A DNA stretch of 63,345 bases, filler included, from Lenisia limosa (GCA_001655205.1; 15 parts of 15 records of this genome joined end to end with filler, not necessarily neighbours in it), one strand, 5' to 3'; positions 12,460 to 25,503 are shown, numbered from the whole stretch's first letter. Translations and numbers: made by a program. The notes: generated by a model not told the origin, from the sequence alone.

Positions 12460-14460
12460 GTTATAACCAAATAGGATGGTTTCTTTGGGGATGAGCTGCC
12501 TTCAGCCTGGCCTATTTCACTGGCATTAAGGGTAAAATTATGGCAACAGCTCTTTCATTGTCCCGAATGACAGGTGATTTTGCCCCAGTATCAATTATTA
12601 TTGGCGGAGATGGCCCTGTTCGTGATGCTGCAGCTCGTGGAGGTGATATGCTGGACCCAATTCCGGTTTCTATCCCAAAATGTGGCGACAAATATGCGAT
12701 GCGTCCTCATGATACAAAGAAAACCTTACTGAATTGAGACCAAACTTATTCAAGCCTTCAAAGGCCACTGAAGAGAACTGTCAATGCAATAAATGTTTCT
12801 GAATCGGAACAACGAAGAGTTCTTTCTATACAATGTCTGTGATCAGTCACTTTAGCAAGCTTGCCAAGTACCTAAATGTGTCTCCCTCAAACCCCAAGAT
12901 CCTTGTGATGGACGGTGCTAAAGTGCATATGTCAGCCGAGGTATGTCATTACAAACTGATGATGGTGCTGTTTGGTTTCCAACTGTGANNNNNNNNNNCG
13001 TTTGCTTTTGATATTTAAATTTTCACTCAAAACCATTCAATAGCATTATTTACACTTAAGGTTGGTGACCAGCACCACCATGCACACGTGACAACTGTCA
13101 ACATTCAGAAATACAAGTCCGAACAAGTAGGTCAATCAAAACAAAGATGCGCATTCTATCATGAAGTCTCGTTTCAAATGACTATCTTGTTTCGAGCGCC
13201 TCTTTTAGGTTCTTGAGAATAACCACATGTATTGATTGAGGATTTGGAATAAGTTCTATCAATAACATAGGGGAAGTTCGTTCTGAAATTCGTTGTAACA
13301 TATCTGTTTGTTTAAGTTTATCTTCACTTTACTAGAGTGCTACGTGACCACCAATTGGCGACAATGCTTTCATCTGCTCTCAACCACGTTTCACCTTCCG
13401 TCCTCAAAGCGTCAATGACTGCAGTTGGCTTCAAGACAGATGGCACCCATGATCCCCTTCTGATTCCTCACCCCGCCTATACCCCTGGGGCAACATACAG
13501 AACCACTACAATCACTTCCGGGTTCCTTCGCTCCTTGTTCCATGAAGACAATTTGACTGCTCCCCTTCGTGCCCCGTTCCTCAATAAATCATCTCCACCT
13601 TTCCCAACTTTCCCCACCAAAACCACCACCATTGACCAGTGTGTTTTCCGAACAGAAAACAGGGTAAAACCTGTGATCGACAACATCACCAAGGAGGTTG
13701 CAATTGCCACTTCTTCATCTCTTCGTGCTTCTAATACACTGAAAAATTCAGGAGAAGCTCTCTCTGAGAAGGACATCGCCTTTGTTGAAGGTGCCTCTGC
13801 GATATCTTCCATTCTATTACACCACAATCCTGACTTGGCTAAATGCCTGTATAGAGGTATGAAGGCTGCAACTCTCTCCGTATCGCAAGAACTTTCCGAT
13901 CATGCCTCTGCTGTCACCAACGCCATCACCCAGTCCGTGTCGATTGGCCCCGTAACTGAAGATCTGCCATCGTTTGGGATTGTACCAGTTTCTAAGGTTT
14001 GCTACAATATCTAAGTCTTTGAAAGAACAAGTACAAGTACCAAGAGCCTATCTTCATTTCATTCAATAGTTCTTACACCTCCATTCTTTTTTGTGATTGA
14101 TTTATCATTATTTGTTTAGGGTGAGAGAGCTGTTTCNNNNNNNNNNNNNNNNNNNNNNNNNNNNNNNNNNNNNNNNNNNNNNNNNNNNNNNCGAACTCGT
14201 TGCTTCTGAAGATGATATCAAGGAGGCAATGATCCGAAAAAAGAGGATTGATTCTGCTCATGGTATCTCCTGCGGCCCAAAGGTTTGCATCGATTGTGTA
14301 CATCATTTTCTATCATTTTACTGAAAATTTCTCTTTTCTACATATTGTACTGACTAATTAGCCTTTCTTTGAAAATGTCGAAGGTGTCAAGAAACTGACA
14401 ATCAACGCCAAGTGCCGTGCAGCTAAAGCTACCAACAACACAAATAAAAAGAAAAAATGA
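12460..14460 (+). mobile_element. Degenerate pogo-like (IS630-Tc1-mariner, DDE_1) transposase with spliceosomal introns
   Basis: Motifs in order: MVFFGDE (1-nt frameshift near 12495), TALSLSRMTGDFAPVSIIIGG, PKILVMDGAKVHMSAE|gtatgt, VGDQHHHAHV...KYK|gtaggt, ALNHVSPSVLKASMTAVGF, Lys-rich tail; in-frame stops present. Confidence 0.7.
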
Positions 14461-14622
14461 CTTGTTTTTTGTTTAATAATCTATTAATGGTATATTGTAT
14501 ATGATATAATGTATGTTTCTGCNNNNNNNNNNNNNNNNNNNNNNNNNNNNNNNNNNNNNNNNNNNNTTAATTAATTAANNNNNNNNNNNNNNNNNNNNNN
14601 NNNNNNNNNNNNNNNNNNNNNN

Positions 14623-15902
14623 ATATCATAAACTATTTTTTGGATGACATCCTAAGTCGCCAAAATCGGGGTCTACGAGCCTTGGGCATCCGAGTCACTT
14701 TCGAAACTTAAATTGAACTTAAGAAAAATGTACACTTAGAACGCAAAATGCTCAGATTGCCCTTGAGAACAACTTTTTTTAAAAAAAAAATGAGGGTAAT
14801 GAAAAAATTCTTTAATATGATTGTAATAGATTAATAGAAAATTTCAGTTCGAGATTTTCAAACTGGGAACTATTTATTTTGAAGTCTCTCTGAGAGGCTT
14901 GTTTCAACATCTCTTTAAAATGAACATCTTTCTCTTCCCTCTTACTTTTCACATTTTCCTTCATTATCATAAAATAAACCATACTGTTTCATTTTGTAAG
15001 AACTCAAGAACTTTCGATATTTTTTCATTCATTCTACTCTTTTGGCAAAGTAATCTAGTTTGACTTTCCTTATACTCGGCCAGTTTGCCAATTTTTAACC
15101 AAAAATTTTTTATCAGTAATGCAACAACTTGACATTTGCTTTTTGAACTTGGACTTCTTTCCAGAACAAATTTTGCTAACTTCCTCACTTGAAGCACTTT
15201 CAGCTTCCTTTCCCTTGAAAAATCGGAAGCCAACCAGATCATTTCTTGCTTAAGATTTGTCCAAGTAGATTGTGAACCAAGAGACTTTCTAAAAACAGCA
15301 GGCTTGTTTAAAAAAAATATTTGACAAAACCTTCAGATATTGAACTTTGAAAATGATTTCTGAGTCTCTTAGTGCAATAACATAAAGAGTTGGGGAGCTC
15401 ATCTGGTTAAACAAAGTAACAACTAAAGAGGGGATTGACTTTGAAATTGATATTGGAACTAATTTTCCAGCAGATATTGTCTGTTGAGAAGCAAAATCAA
15501 TATAAGTCCATACATTTTAACGTTGACAGCTTTTCAGAAGACACTGGAAAAGGAGGTGGTCTTCTTTCAAACTTGTGCCAAAATCTTGAATGCTGTTCAC
15601 GACAACTTGATAAGTGATCAGACTTAATTAGGTCAAAAAAAATACAATTGCACCAAGAGAAAGAAACTCGCTAAAGGATCCATGGGCTTCAAGAAATGAT
15701 AGCAATGTGACATAAACATCTCTTTCTCTTAAAAGAGATCTCGTTAAATTCAATAATATAACCTTAAAACATTTTCCTGAAATTCTAGGATTTTACAATC
15801 CATTACAACGCAACAAATTTCAGTTGCCTTTTTGCTTTGTCTCAGGGGGGTGACCCTGGTGCCGGGCGGGCCACAAAAATGACAGGGGTCAATATGATAA
15901 AC
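14623..15902 (-). pseudogene. AT-rich, apparently intronless decayed ORF remnants, possibly a DNA-transposon relic
   Basis: Broken reading frames (e.g. 14967-15242) without clear splice signals or the repeats typical of host introns; no diagnostic motif confidently seen. Confidence 0.25.
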
Positions 15903-16002
15903 NNNNNNNNNNNNNNNNNNNNNNNNNNNNNNNNNNNNNNNNNNNNTTAATTAATTAANNNNNNNNNNNNNNNNNNNNNNNNNNNNNNNNNNNNNNNNNN
16001 NN

Positions 16003-17192
16003 ATAATTAACGATCAAATTTGACCTGAATATTGCTTTTGGCCTTGTCTCATCCAAGGTTTCCCTCGGTCTCCGATGTCAAGTAAGAGACTGAACGATGA
16101 GCTCATTGCTGCAGTAGGATGGCTATAGTATGAGTAATAAAGTCAGTTTATTCACAACAATAGAGTGTTGGTTTGAACTCTCTCACTCTTTCTCATCATT
16201 GATTGACCTGTTAGGTTCGCAATAATGACACGCAACAGGTTCTCTTTCTCATTTGCAGTGGTGCGGACATTAATGCCTGTGATATGTACGGCATGAACGC
16301 CGTCAAATGGGCGGCTTACGGTGTGTTGCTAACCCGTCTCATGAATGCCCTCGAGGAAGAGATCCAATATGATTGATTTTCAGGTGGCATTGATCTTTAC
16401 AAGTTGCTGAGGAGCTATAGCATATCTACTGAAGTATGTTGGTTACCTTGCATTGCCTGTAAAAAGGAGTAACCGAAAGTTTGTATTGTAAGTCTACATT
16501 CCAGCATTATGTCAAATGAATTGCAGTCCTTGTGCTGGACCTTTTTCTTGTCCATATTAGCCGTCATAATATTATACGTTAGTCCTCCTCGGTCCAAGTT
16601 GTACAATACACTTGTGTGATGTAGAGGATGTATATGCTCAGCGTGATTTGGCTTTTCAACTCACTATTGTATAACCCCACGCTTCATGGCTCCCTCACAT
16701 TGCAGGAAACAGAAGATGAAGGCGGACTGAAGAGGCGAACAGATAGCCAGCAAGACTTATCAGGGCTCAAGGGATGGCGTTCAGGTGGGAGGGGGGGGAG
16801 TAAAATTGGAAAATACGAAACAAAAAAAAGCCCAAAATCAAAGGGGGGGGGNNNNNNNNNNNNNNNNNNNNNNNNNNNNNNNNNNNNNNNNNNNNNNNNN
16901 NNNNNNNNNNNNNNNNNNNNNNNNNNNNNNNNNNNNNNNNNNNNNNNNNNNNNNNNNNNNNNNNNNNNNNNNNNNNNNNNNNNNNNNNNNNNNNNNNNNN
17001 NNNNNTCCGAGTTTTTTTTTTTCATAAATTTGCCATTTTAACTCCCCTAAGTAACAATATTGACATTCATTAATCATTATTTTTCGAAACCCCTGAGGTA
17101 CAATGATCCCATACTCATCATTGTTAGAGTCAGGTAGAGTGCCTTCTGGTTCTAATTTAGCCGACTTTGAAAGCGATGAAGAGATGGGTTAA
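16003..17192 (+). CDS. 3' part of an ankyrin-repeat protein
   Basis: GADINACDMYGMNAVKWAAYG-GIDLYKLLRSY; phase-compatible exons to ESGRVPSGSNLADFESDEEMG*. Confidence 0.7.
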
Positions 17193-17637
17193 GGTGGGTG
17201 GGCTTTTTTTTACTTATTGCAATCTCATAATATTCATCAAATGTCTTCCTTTGTGGTCGTTTTCACATTGAATGTAGACCTAGAAGCAGAGCTTGAATGT
17301 TGTGTGTAATTGTAGTTAGTAGTGTTTATTAGTTTTAGGTTGTACTATTTGTGATATTATTATGTATTCTTTTACCCTTTGTTCTTCCTCCAAACAAGAG
17401 GATCATGACAGAAACACTTCACAATGTGACCGACTTTTGAAGTGAATTCGATGATGAATTAATTATTGGGCTTCTGAATTGTTGTCCAGGCGCTTAGATT
17501 TTATTTTCTTAACATAATGTGAAATAGACACAGATGCTTATCTACTTCGTTTGTTTTCTTGTCTCAATGGTGATGGTGAAGAGGGGTGATGGATAAGGAT
17601 AGCATTGAAATCAGATATTGAAGGAAACAGGAAACAA

Positions 17638-19407
17638 TTAGTGAGAGGCAGCAGCAGCGACTTCCCATTCGCCGCGTGAAATCTGCATGAGTCAGCTTAG
17701 TGCATTCGTGGATGACATTTATCATTGAGTTGACTCTCGGTGGTTTTCAATAAACCCCCTCCCACCGAAAATCCAGCAAGAGGAGAGGCGGCTAGGATGA
17801 TCTCGTGATCACTCACGACGGCGCCGGCAAAGTCTGCTTCAGGATCGAGGACGGCCTCGGCTGGGAGGTTCGGCTTGGGAATGTGAAGCTGGGGCTGGCT
17901 GGCCTCCTGCGTTGTGAGTGGTCATGGAACTTAGACAACTATCAAAGTGACGCATACCGAGTTGATAGTGGATTCAAGAAGACACATTGCCTTGTAGACT
18001 GACGACGATTCCTTGCTCAGACCCAAAAACACTAATGCCTGCAAGAGAACCTGTGTGCGGCCTGAGGGTGGGGGGTAGATGATTTTGGGTATTTGATTGA
18101 GTCGAAGAGAAAATGCTCAGGAGTGAATTGGCCCAATTGATTGCCTAACCTACCAAGAGTAGCAGAATTTGGAACAAACCGGCGAATCGTTTCTACCAAA
18201 TGTGTGGCCTGGAATATTGTTACCATTGTGTTCATAAGTTCAAAATTGAGACCATGCCAAGAGCATACCTCATAGTTGCCACCTTTCCTTCCTCTGAGCG
18301 CCCTTCTTTTGTCCTTCTGTGCAGCCTTCTTCTGCTGATACTCTGTTTCTGCAATGTAAGAGTTTACCTGCAAAACGACCCCTTCCACATTACACCCGCC
18401 CCCCACTTCTAGAAGCCCCAGACGCGAGACTTGTCATTCCGGTGGCGCTACTGAACATGGACGAAGTGACGGACATCCCCTCATCCGGGAGCTAAGGGGT
18501 CAAAGGAATGAAACACACGATGACAAATGGGCAAAAGGTATAATTATAGAGTGGGCACGCTGACTAGTCTTGGCTGATTGATTTTGAAGGGAAATCTAAT
18601 TATGTCGGTTAGACTTGCCGCTGTAACGGTACATACCACTTGATTTGATTATATCTATCTAATATGTGTGCTGCTAAAAGAATCACTAACCTCGTAGCGA
18701 GTGGCCGAAAAGAATGGTGCGAGAGCGGCTTCGAGACGCAGTGTAGACAGACGACTGAGATGCTTCTTCAGATCCGTGACTGCTGTGTATGTTTTCTCCT
18801 GGGGGGGGGGTTAGTGATTATGTCAGGCAAGAAGAGGAGAATCTCAATTTTGGCTTGGAGGCACAAAACCCCCTCAAATGGCTTTGAGCCACCTCTGTAA
18901 CCACGAATAAGTTGAGATTGCATAGTTCACCCTCACTGTGAGATATTCAGCCGCTTCGCCGATTTGGTACTTGAGCTCGGATAGCATGGAATCTATACAG
19001 TCAAAACTTTCAAAGGTGATCAGATCTTAACTGTAGTCCAAAATGCCACTATCTTAATACCCCCTACCAGTAGTTGCAAGATACACGGCCTGTTGCCAGG
19101 CTTCGCCGTTGATGTAGGCAGTCAAGGCAGCCTCGGGGTCCCTTAAATATCAAATAAGGCTTGTTGAATATCATTGATTTTGTCTGATGTTTAGTACCAA
19201 AAGATTTACAGTTCAACTAAGGCACCCACTTGGCAAAATGCTGCAACACATGTCCGGCGTCATCCCCTCTTCCTGCGTCCACAAGGCCCTCGGCAGTGGA
19301 GCGCGCTACTTTCCTGATCTTGAATGTAAGCACATTCCAAAAATAAGAGTGCTGAGATTCACAAGGTTCCCCACCTCTTCTTCAGATGCCTGAGTTTTTC
19401 TGAGACA
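17638..19407 (-). CDS. ELP1: Elongator complex protein 1 (IKI3), C-terminal TPR/basic region
   Basis: Exons KVARSTAEGLVDAGRGDDAGHVLQHFA, DPEAALTAYINGEAWQQAVYLA, TDLKKHLSRLSTLR, Ser-rich MSVTSSMFSSATG, KKAAQKDKRRALRGRKGGNYE and HLVETIRRF follow the recalled ELP1 C-terminal order. Confidence 0.85.
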
Positions 19408-19989
19408 TGACAACGCAAGAGGCCAATTCANNNNNNNNNNNNNNNNNNNNNNNNNNNNNNNNNNNNNNNNNNNNTTAATTAATTAANNNNNNNNNNNNNN
19501 NNNNNNNNNNNNNNNNNNNNNNNNNNNNNNACGGAGTGAGAAAGAGAGAATAGTAAACTCTGGGGATACAACTGATTATAACATAGGAAATCCAAACAAG
19601 AATTTGTATTAATATTTTTTTGCTTCATAGATTTCCTTATTTTTTTCACCCTTGTAGGAGGGACTTATGGAACAACCATACCTTGCTCCAGCTTCAGCCA
19701 ATACCTGGTTTGTTTTTGGGGCTCTTATATGAAGCCAAAAAGTTGATCACTCGTTATAATTTTTATATTGATTATTATTTTTTTATTAATTATTGTTTAT
19801 TAATTTTCCTCATTGGCAAAGATCGCCTTCATATTTTATTTTGGTGATATTTCTTCATTTCGTTATTTGCTAAAGTGTACTTTTTTTAGCTGATTCTGAG
19901 AAAGGACCATTTGTGATAATAATACAAAAATTCTTCAAATTTGAAAACATTCAGAATAGAAATGGTCCTCGACAATAACTCGTCAAAGA

Positions 19990-20710
19990 GTGCAATTTGA
20001 AGTATTAAGTACAACAGAGATAAATAATGGTAGCGCCACCAGATTTGACCTGATAAGGCAAATGCAAGCCGCTCCAATAGCACTTCTCAACGCCACACTG
20101 GAAGCTGGCATGATCAGCCTCAGACTTAGAGCTGAACATGGTTGAAATAACAAGCTTGACCATTGACTCGAGAGTGGGTGGAGGGGGAAGATGAAGAAAA
20201 CACACCATTTGGTACAATGGCTCAGAATGCTGGGAGAGGGTGTGATCGAGTTTATTATACCCCCAAACGGAACTCCAATCTACTGTACATTTATCAATTT
20301 ACAAAACAAAACCTGACCCCACATCCAATGCTCCAGCGTCTGTGACCCGGCACTGCTGAGTTCTACAAACTCGTCGGCCTCAAGGAACGAAGCTTGTAAT
20401 AGGTTTCTAAAGATATCAGTTTAACACTATCAAAAGCTCAAATATGATTTAAATATACTTTTAAAAAAATCTGGTGTGAAATTGCTGTAGGCCATTACAG
20501 TTACTTGGAATCTCTTCTGTTTTGTTTTCTTTTGCTCTCTTTGTTCTTTTATCATGAATTCTTTATCTTTGATTCCATTTTGATTAGTTCTGATTACCTT
20601 AGGGTTGCATCTGGAGCCTTGGCCGACCACGAACTGCCCAGTAGCCCCGAGCCGGACATGCTCTGAAGTAGGCAGAACAGCCTTGCCTAGTTCGATAAAG
20701 CAAATTGAAG
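19990..20710 (-). CDS. Exons of an unknown protein
   Basis: AG/GT-bounded open exons (e.g. SFLEADEFVELSSAGSQTLEHWMW); frames ambiguous. Confidence 0.4.
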
Positions 20711-21373
20711 GTGCAATTTGGTCCGTTGAGGATTCAGGATGTAATGTACGTTATAAGGTGCTTATTCAGTAGAGGACCCCCCTGTTCACTTCACCCCCCC
20801 CCAANNNNNNNNNNNNNNNNNNNNNNNNNNNNNNNNNNNNNNNNNNNNTTAATTAATTAANNNNNNNNNNNNNNNNNNNNNNNNNNNNNNNNNNNNNNNN
20901 NNNNCTTTTACACATTAACTGAATGTACATAGATATGATATATTATATAATATATATAGCTATATGATATATAAGTATATAGTATATTATATATTACACA
21001 TATTATATGATAGACTATACATATGGAGATGTGTAAATTTGTTGAGAGAGGGGGGGGGCACTTTGTGTTTAATTTTTGTTGAAATTTTTCATTTTTACAG
21101 TGATGGGATGCAGTGCTACTGGCCTGGTTTTGTTTGTTTTGCTTTGAACCCTTGAAATTATGTTTTTTTGGGGGCTTTTTAGTGTTTCACAAATTGTCCA
21201 TATTTNNNNNNNNNNNNNNNNNNNNNNNNNNNNNNNNNNNNNNNNNNNNNNNNNNNNNNNNNNNNNNNNNNNNNNNNNNNNNNNNNNNNNNNNNNNNNNN
21301 NNNNNNNNNNNNNNNNNNNNNNNNNNNNNNNNNNNNNNNNNNNNNNNNNNNNNNNNNNNNNNNNNNNNNNNNN

Positions 21374-22167
21374 TCAACGCTCGATTTTCATGCCTTTATC
21401 GCGCCTATAGGTATGAGAACAGTTTCAGTTCCAATATTTCCTTCTCCCTCGGTAGAAATTGAAATTCATGGGAGCAGCAGAATTGTGCAGTGGGTGGTTG
21501 AAAATACTGTGATTTGTTAAGAACAATTAACCCCTCGAATCATTCTTCCCAACCCTCACATGGGGCGCTCAGGTATAGTAGCCATAATACAATAGTATGA
21601 TCTACGGTACAAAGGCTATCGTATAGTACACTATATTGCATAAATCTAAAACAAACAACCCCAGATACGATTTTTAGAGCACTTTCGGTTCCAAAAAGAG
21701 TGAAATCTCAATAAATTCTCGATAAATATCGATATTTACCGGTGTTTCGGAACCGAAAGTGAAGCTCAACGATTTTGTCATCGTGCTGCAGAAGCGACTT
21801 CCTAGGCTTTGTTTGTTTTGATGTTATCAACCCTCGTGTATGTCAACAAACAGAGTTGATTTGGGCTTTTTTGTTGTTTTATAAATTTCCAATCATTTTC
21901 GGTTCCAAAGTACATCAAGAATATCGATATTTATCGAGAGTCTTTTATAAAGCGAAGCTCTAGTTACTACCCCTAAAACTTCGGTTCGAGAAAAGTCTCG
22001 ATATTCTCGAAAACTGTGGATATTTTATTGGTCTTTTTTGGAGCTGAGTGAAACCCAAGTCACCCTTCAGGTATTATTTTGTCCGTGGTGACCGTAATTT
22101 GGAGGTTATGATGCGGGCGGCTAAACTCTTTGTCGGCGACCATGACTTCCGAAACTTCTGCAAAGTG
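21374..22167 (+). CDS. PUS3: tRNA pseudouridine 38/39 synthase (TruA family), fragment
   Basis: NARFSCLYRAYR|YYFVRGDRNLEVMMRAAKLFVGDHDFRNFCK with a phase-compatible intron. Confidence 0.88.
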
Positions 22168-22267
22168 NNNNNNNNNNNNNNNNNNNNNNNNNNNNNNNNN
22201 NNNNNNNNNNNTTAATTAATTAANNNNNNNNNNNNNNNNNNNNNNNNNNNNNNNNNNNNNNNNNNNN

Positions 22268-22450
22268 GAGGTCCTGGACTGGTGTGCCTCTGCCTCTGTT
22301 GCCCCCCCTAACACAGAGATCCTGGTGTGCCTCTGTTGCTCCCCCTACCACAGAGGTCCTGGTGTGCGTCTGTTGCTCCCCCTACCATATAGGTCCTGAT
22401 GTTCCTCTGTTGCTCCCCCTACCACATAGGTCCTGATGTGCCTTTGTTGC
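22268..22450 (-). repeat. 37-bp tandem array (~5 copies) duplicating a DDB1 exon end and its donor site
   Basis: Unit CCTGRTGTGCCTCTGTTGCTCCCCCTACCACAGAGGT read directly. Confidence 0.9.
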
Positions 22451-25319
22451 TTGGCGTCGACGTATAAGATGGCGAGCGTGGGTTCCGCGTAGCCGAAGAG
22501 GAAAGCCATATCCACCAGTGTCAGCTCTTCAATTCTAAGTTCGTAATTATTGATTATTGATTCAGTAATTATTTAAGTTCGTAATAATTCATTAAATAAT
22601 GAGAGGCAAATGATTGGGTAAATTAATATTAGACTATAATCCAATATCTCTTATAAGCNNNNNNNNNNNNNNNNNNNNNNNNNNNNNNNNNNNNNNNNNN
22701 NNNNNNNNNNNNNNNNNNNNNNNNNNNNNNNNNNNNNNNNNNNTAATTACTGATAATTAATATATCAACCTGGGTGAGTTCCTCAATTCCAATATCATCC
22801 CGCATACTTATTGTTCCATACCGCCAACATCACCCCATACTTGGCATTAAAAGCGGTCGAAATGGCCTTGCCTGTCGAATGGTCGAATTTGATAATCTGA
22901 AGGGTGAACAGGGGGGAGCGGTCTATGATTATTCGAAAATGACTNNNNNNNNNNNNNNNNNNNNNNNNNNNNNNNNNNNNNNNNNNNNNNNNNNNNNNNN
23001 NNNNNNNNNNNNNNNNNNNNNNNNNNNNNNNNNNNNNNNNNNNNNNNNNNNNNNNNNNNNNNNNNNNNNNNNNNTTACCTTAATAAGAACACTGTACATT
23101 CCCATTTACCTTAATAAGAGCGTCGTACATGTGGATGGCAACACAGCTTGAAGAAGGGTCAACGGAGGCAAGGGTGCCGACATCAGCTCTTCGGCCATGC
23201 AGATCCTGGAAATGGGATAAACCACTTGTCAAATAGGAATAGTTGGAAAAGTCAATGAATTACAACAACAACAACAATAATAATAATGATAATAATATCG
23301 ATATATCTATATAGCAATGAGATATAAAAATAAAGATGTATCNNNNNNNNNNNNNNNNNNNNNNNNNNNNNNNNNNNNNNNNNNNNNNNNNNNNNNNNNN
23401 NNNNNNNNNNNNNNNNNNNNNNNNNNNNNNNNNNACAACCTTGTGAGAAATGGGCTCAAATGCGAATGTAAACACGATCAAAGCATACAGAATCGCCAGT
23501 TCCCACCTTCAGGTCGCCGAAGCTATTTGTAACGGTCTTGCCGGTTTTGGGGTCATAAGCCAGGATGCAGAAGCGCAAATCTGCAGTGACGATGAAGAGG
23601 TAGTCTGAATGGGCCTTGGTGTCGACTGATCGTGTGGCCTGGGGGTGGGGGTGTAAACAGAGGTTATTTGAGGAAATTTCGACGAAAAATAAATCGATTT
23701 TATGAACATCAACATTTGTGAAACGCACCCCCCACGTTATGCTTAATGACCTTGAAGAGAGTGATGCGGCCGAACAGCGGAATCTCAGTGACGGGCTCGA
23801 GACCGTCATTTGCACAGGTGTACACCTCAATGGATTGCGACTTTCTGGTCGTGTGATTTTGGTGCAGTAAAGTCTCTATTGAAACTAGGATCAAAAAGAG
23901 TAAGGCTCATAAAGATCCGGCTGTTGAACTGTGTGACAGAAACTGGAGGACTTCATGAAAACACTCAGACAGAGTGAGCCATATAACATAATGAATTATA
24001 GGGATATGAGAAATAAAACAAGGTGGTCTGGTCAAAGCTGTCCACATCACAGTTATTGGATTATTGTATCATATCAAGTCACCCAATCATTTGCCTTGTG
24101 GATACAGCTTTCTGCGTGCCTCCCCAGATCATATCAATTCAAATAATAATAGGGGGGGGGGTGTACTGGGGTCTACAACCGACAATTTGGAAAATGACAA
24201 CTTAAAACATGTCTAAGGGAAGACGTGATCTTGTGGAAGTAGAAAACATCAATATAGAGAGAGGTGGTGTGTCCTTAATAATACAGCAAGTATATTTATA
24301 TATGTATATCGATATGTATATATTAAGACCAAGGAATAGATGAACATTTTAAATAAAATCTGGGGAACCAAATAAATACATAAGGATACCATAAGAATAC
24401 TGTTCAAATAATAAAGGAGGTTTCTGAGGTATACAAGATTGGAAAATAGCAAAATAAAATATCAAGCTGGGGTGGTAGTGATACCATATGAATGGTTTTA
24501 AGGGAATATCACTCTCTATGTAATAAGATAAATAAATAGTGCATGATATACAAGTACCTCTAGGTAATTCATCGGTACAAATGAGAAAGGATTCACGGGT
24601 GTATCTTATGAAATAAAGAGCCTCATAAAGCGTCTTATTGTATAAAGTCAAACTTGCCTGTGTTATTCCCCATGGAAATACATTCAGTATTGCCCCCCCC
24701 CACCTGAAACAACCCAAGATTTTACTTAATACATTCTCTTGTTCTTAAGAAAAGGGCTCCATGTACAAAAAGATAGAAAGAGCATAGGTACGTGAATTAG
24801 CTCAATAGAAACAATACTGTCAAAAGGAGTTGCTCATTGATTCAGGTGATCAAGTGAGTTGGAGTTCAATTAGTATATCTCTCTTATGCTGATTCTAGGA
24901 TTTAAAAAAATCAAATAATAATAGCTAAAGAAAAATAGAATGATTCACTTAGTATGAACAGACCAGAGTGCTTCTCATTATACTCGCAAGATCAAATGAA
25001 ATACGGCAGAGAAGAAAGGAAAGAAGCACAATCCGACTTATAATAGTTTAATTAATAATTCAGCTTTATTTGAATGGGCAAAAGGGACAGAGGGCAATGT
25101 CAGAAAGAGTTAGCTGTGATAGAAAACCCTCTCATCATACATGACAATCAAGTTCAGGTCCGTCGGTGATGTGAAGTGAGCTACGTCTGAATTATATCTA
25201 AACAAGCGTTAGAGCCACTGAGAATGCGCCTAAGGCATCGCTTACACAGCAGTTGGTTTCTGAGCCGTTGCCACATAGTTGAAAACGGCATCCGGTGGTG
25301 GATTTTCTTCGTTCATCAT
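22441..25319 (-). CDS. DDB1: DNA damage-binding protein 1, N-terminal part
   Basis: ATG at 25319; NYVATAQKPTAV, AHFTSPTDLNLIV, SIEVYTCANDGLEPVTEIPLFGRI, DYLFIVTADLRFCILAY, VDPSSSCVAIHMYDALIK, LVDMAFLFGYAEPTLAILY. Confidence 0.95.
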
Positions 25320-25503
25320 GAATTAAAAGCGATTAACGAGAAAAACAAATCTGTTTTTACAACTCGTAAACTACCCCCCTTTATACACTATTTGAACTCG
25401 AAAAAAAGCGATTCCAAAAGCACTATTATCAGAGGACAAGACAATTGTTAACAATATAGCAATCTAAAAGAAGAAAACTTCTTGTATTTTTCTTTCTCCG
25501 AAA
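25320..25503. promoter_or_regulatory. Compact divergent intergenic region between DDB1 and a putative mitochondrial protein gene
   Basis: ATGs at 25319 (-) and 25504 (+), about 185 nt apart. Confidence 0.5.
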
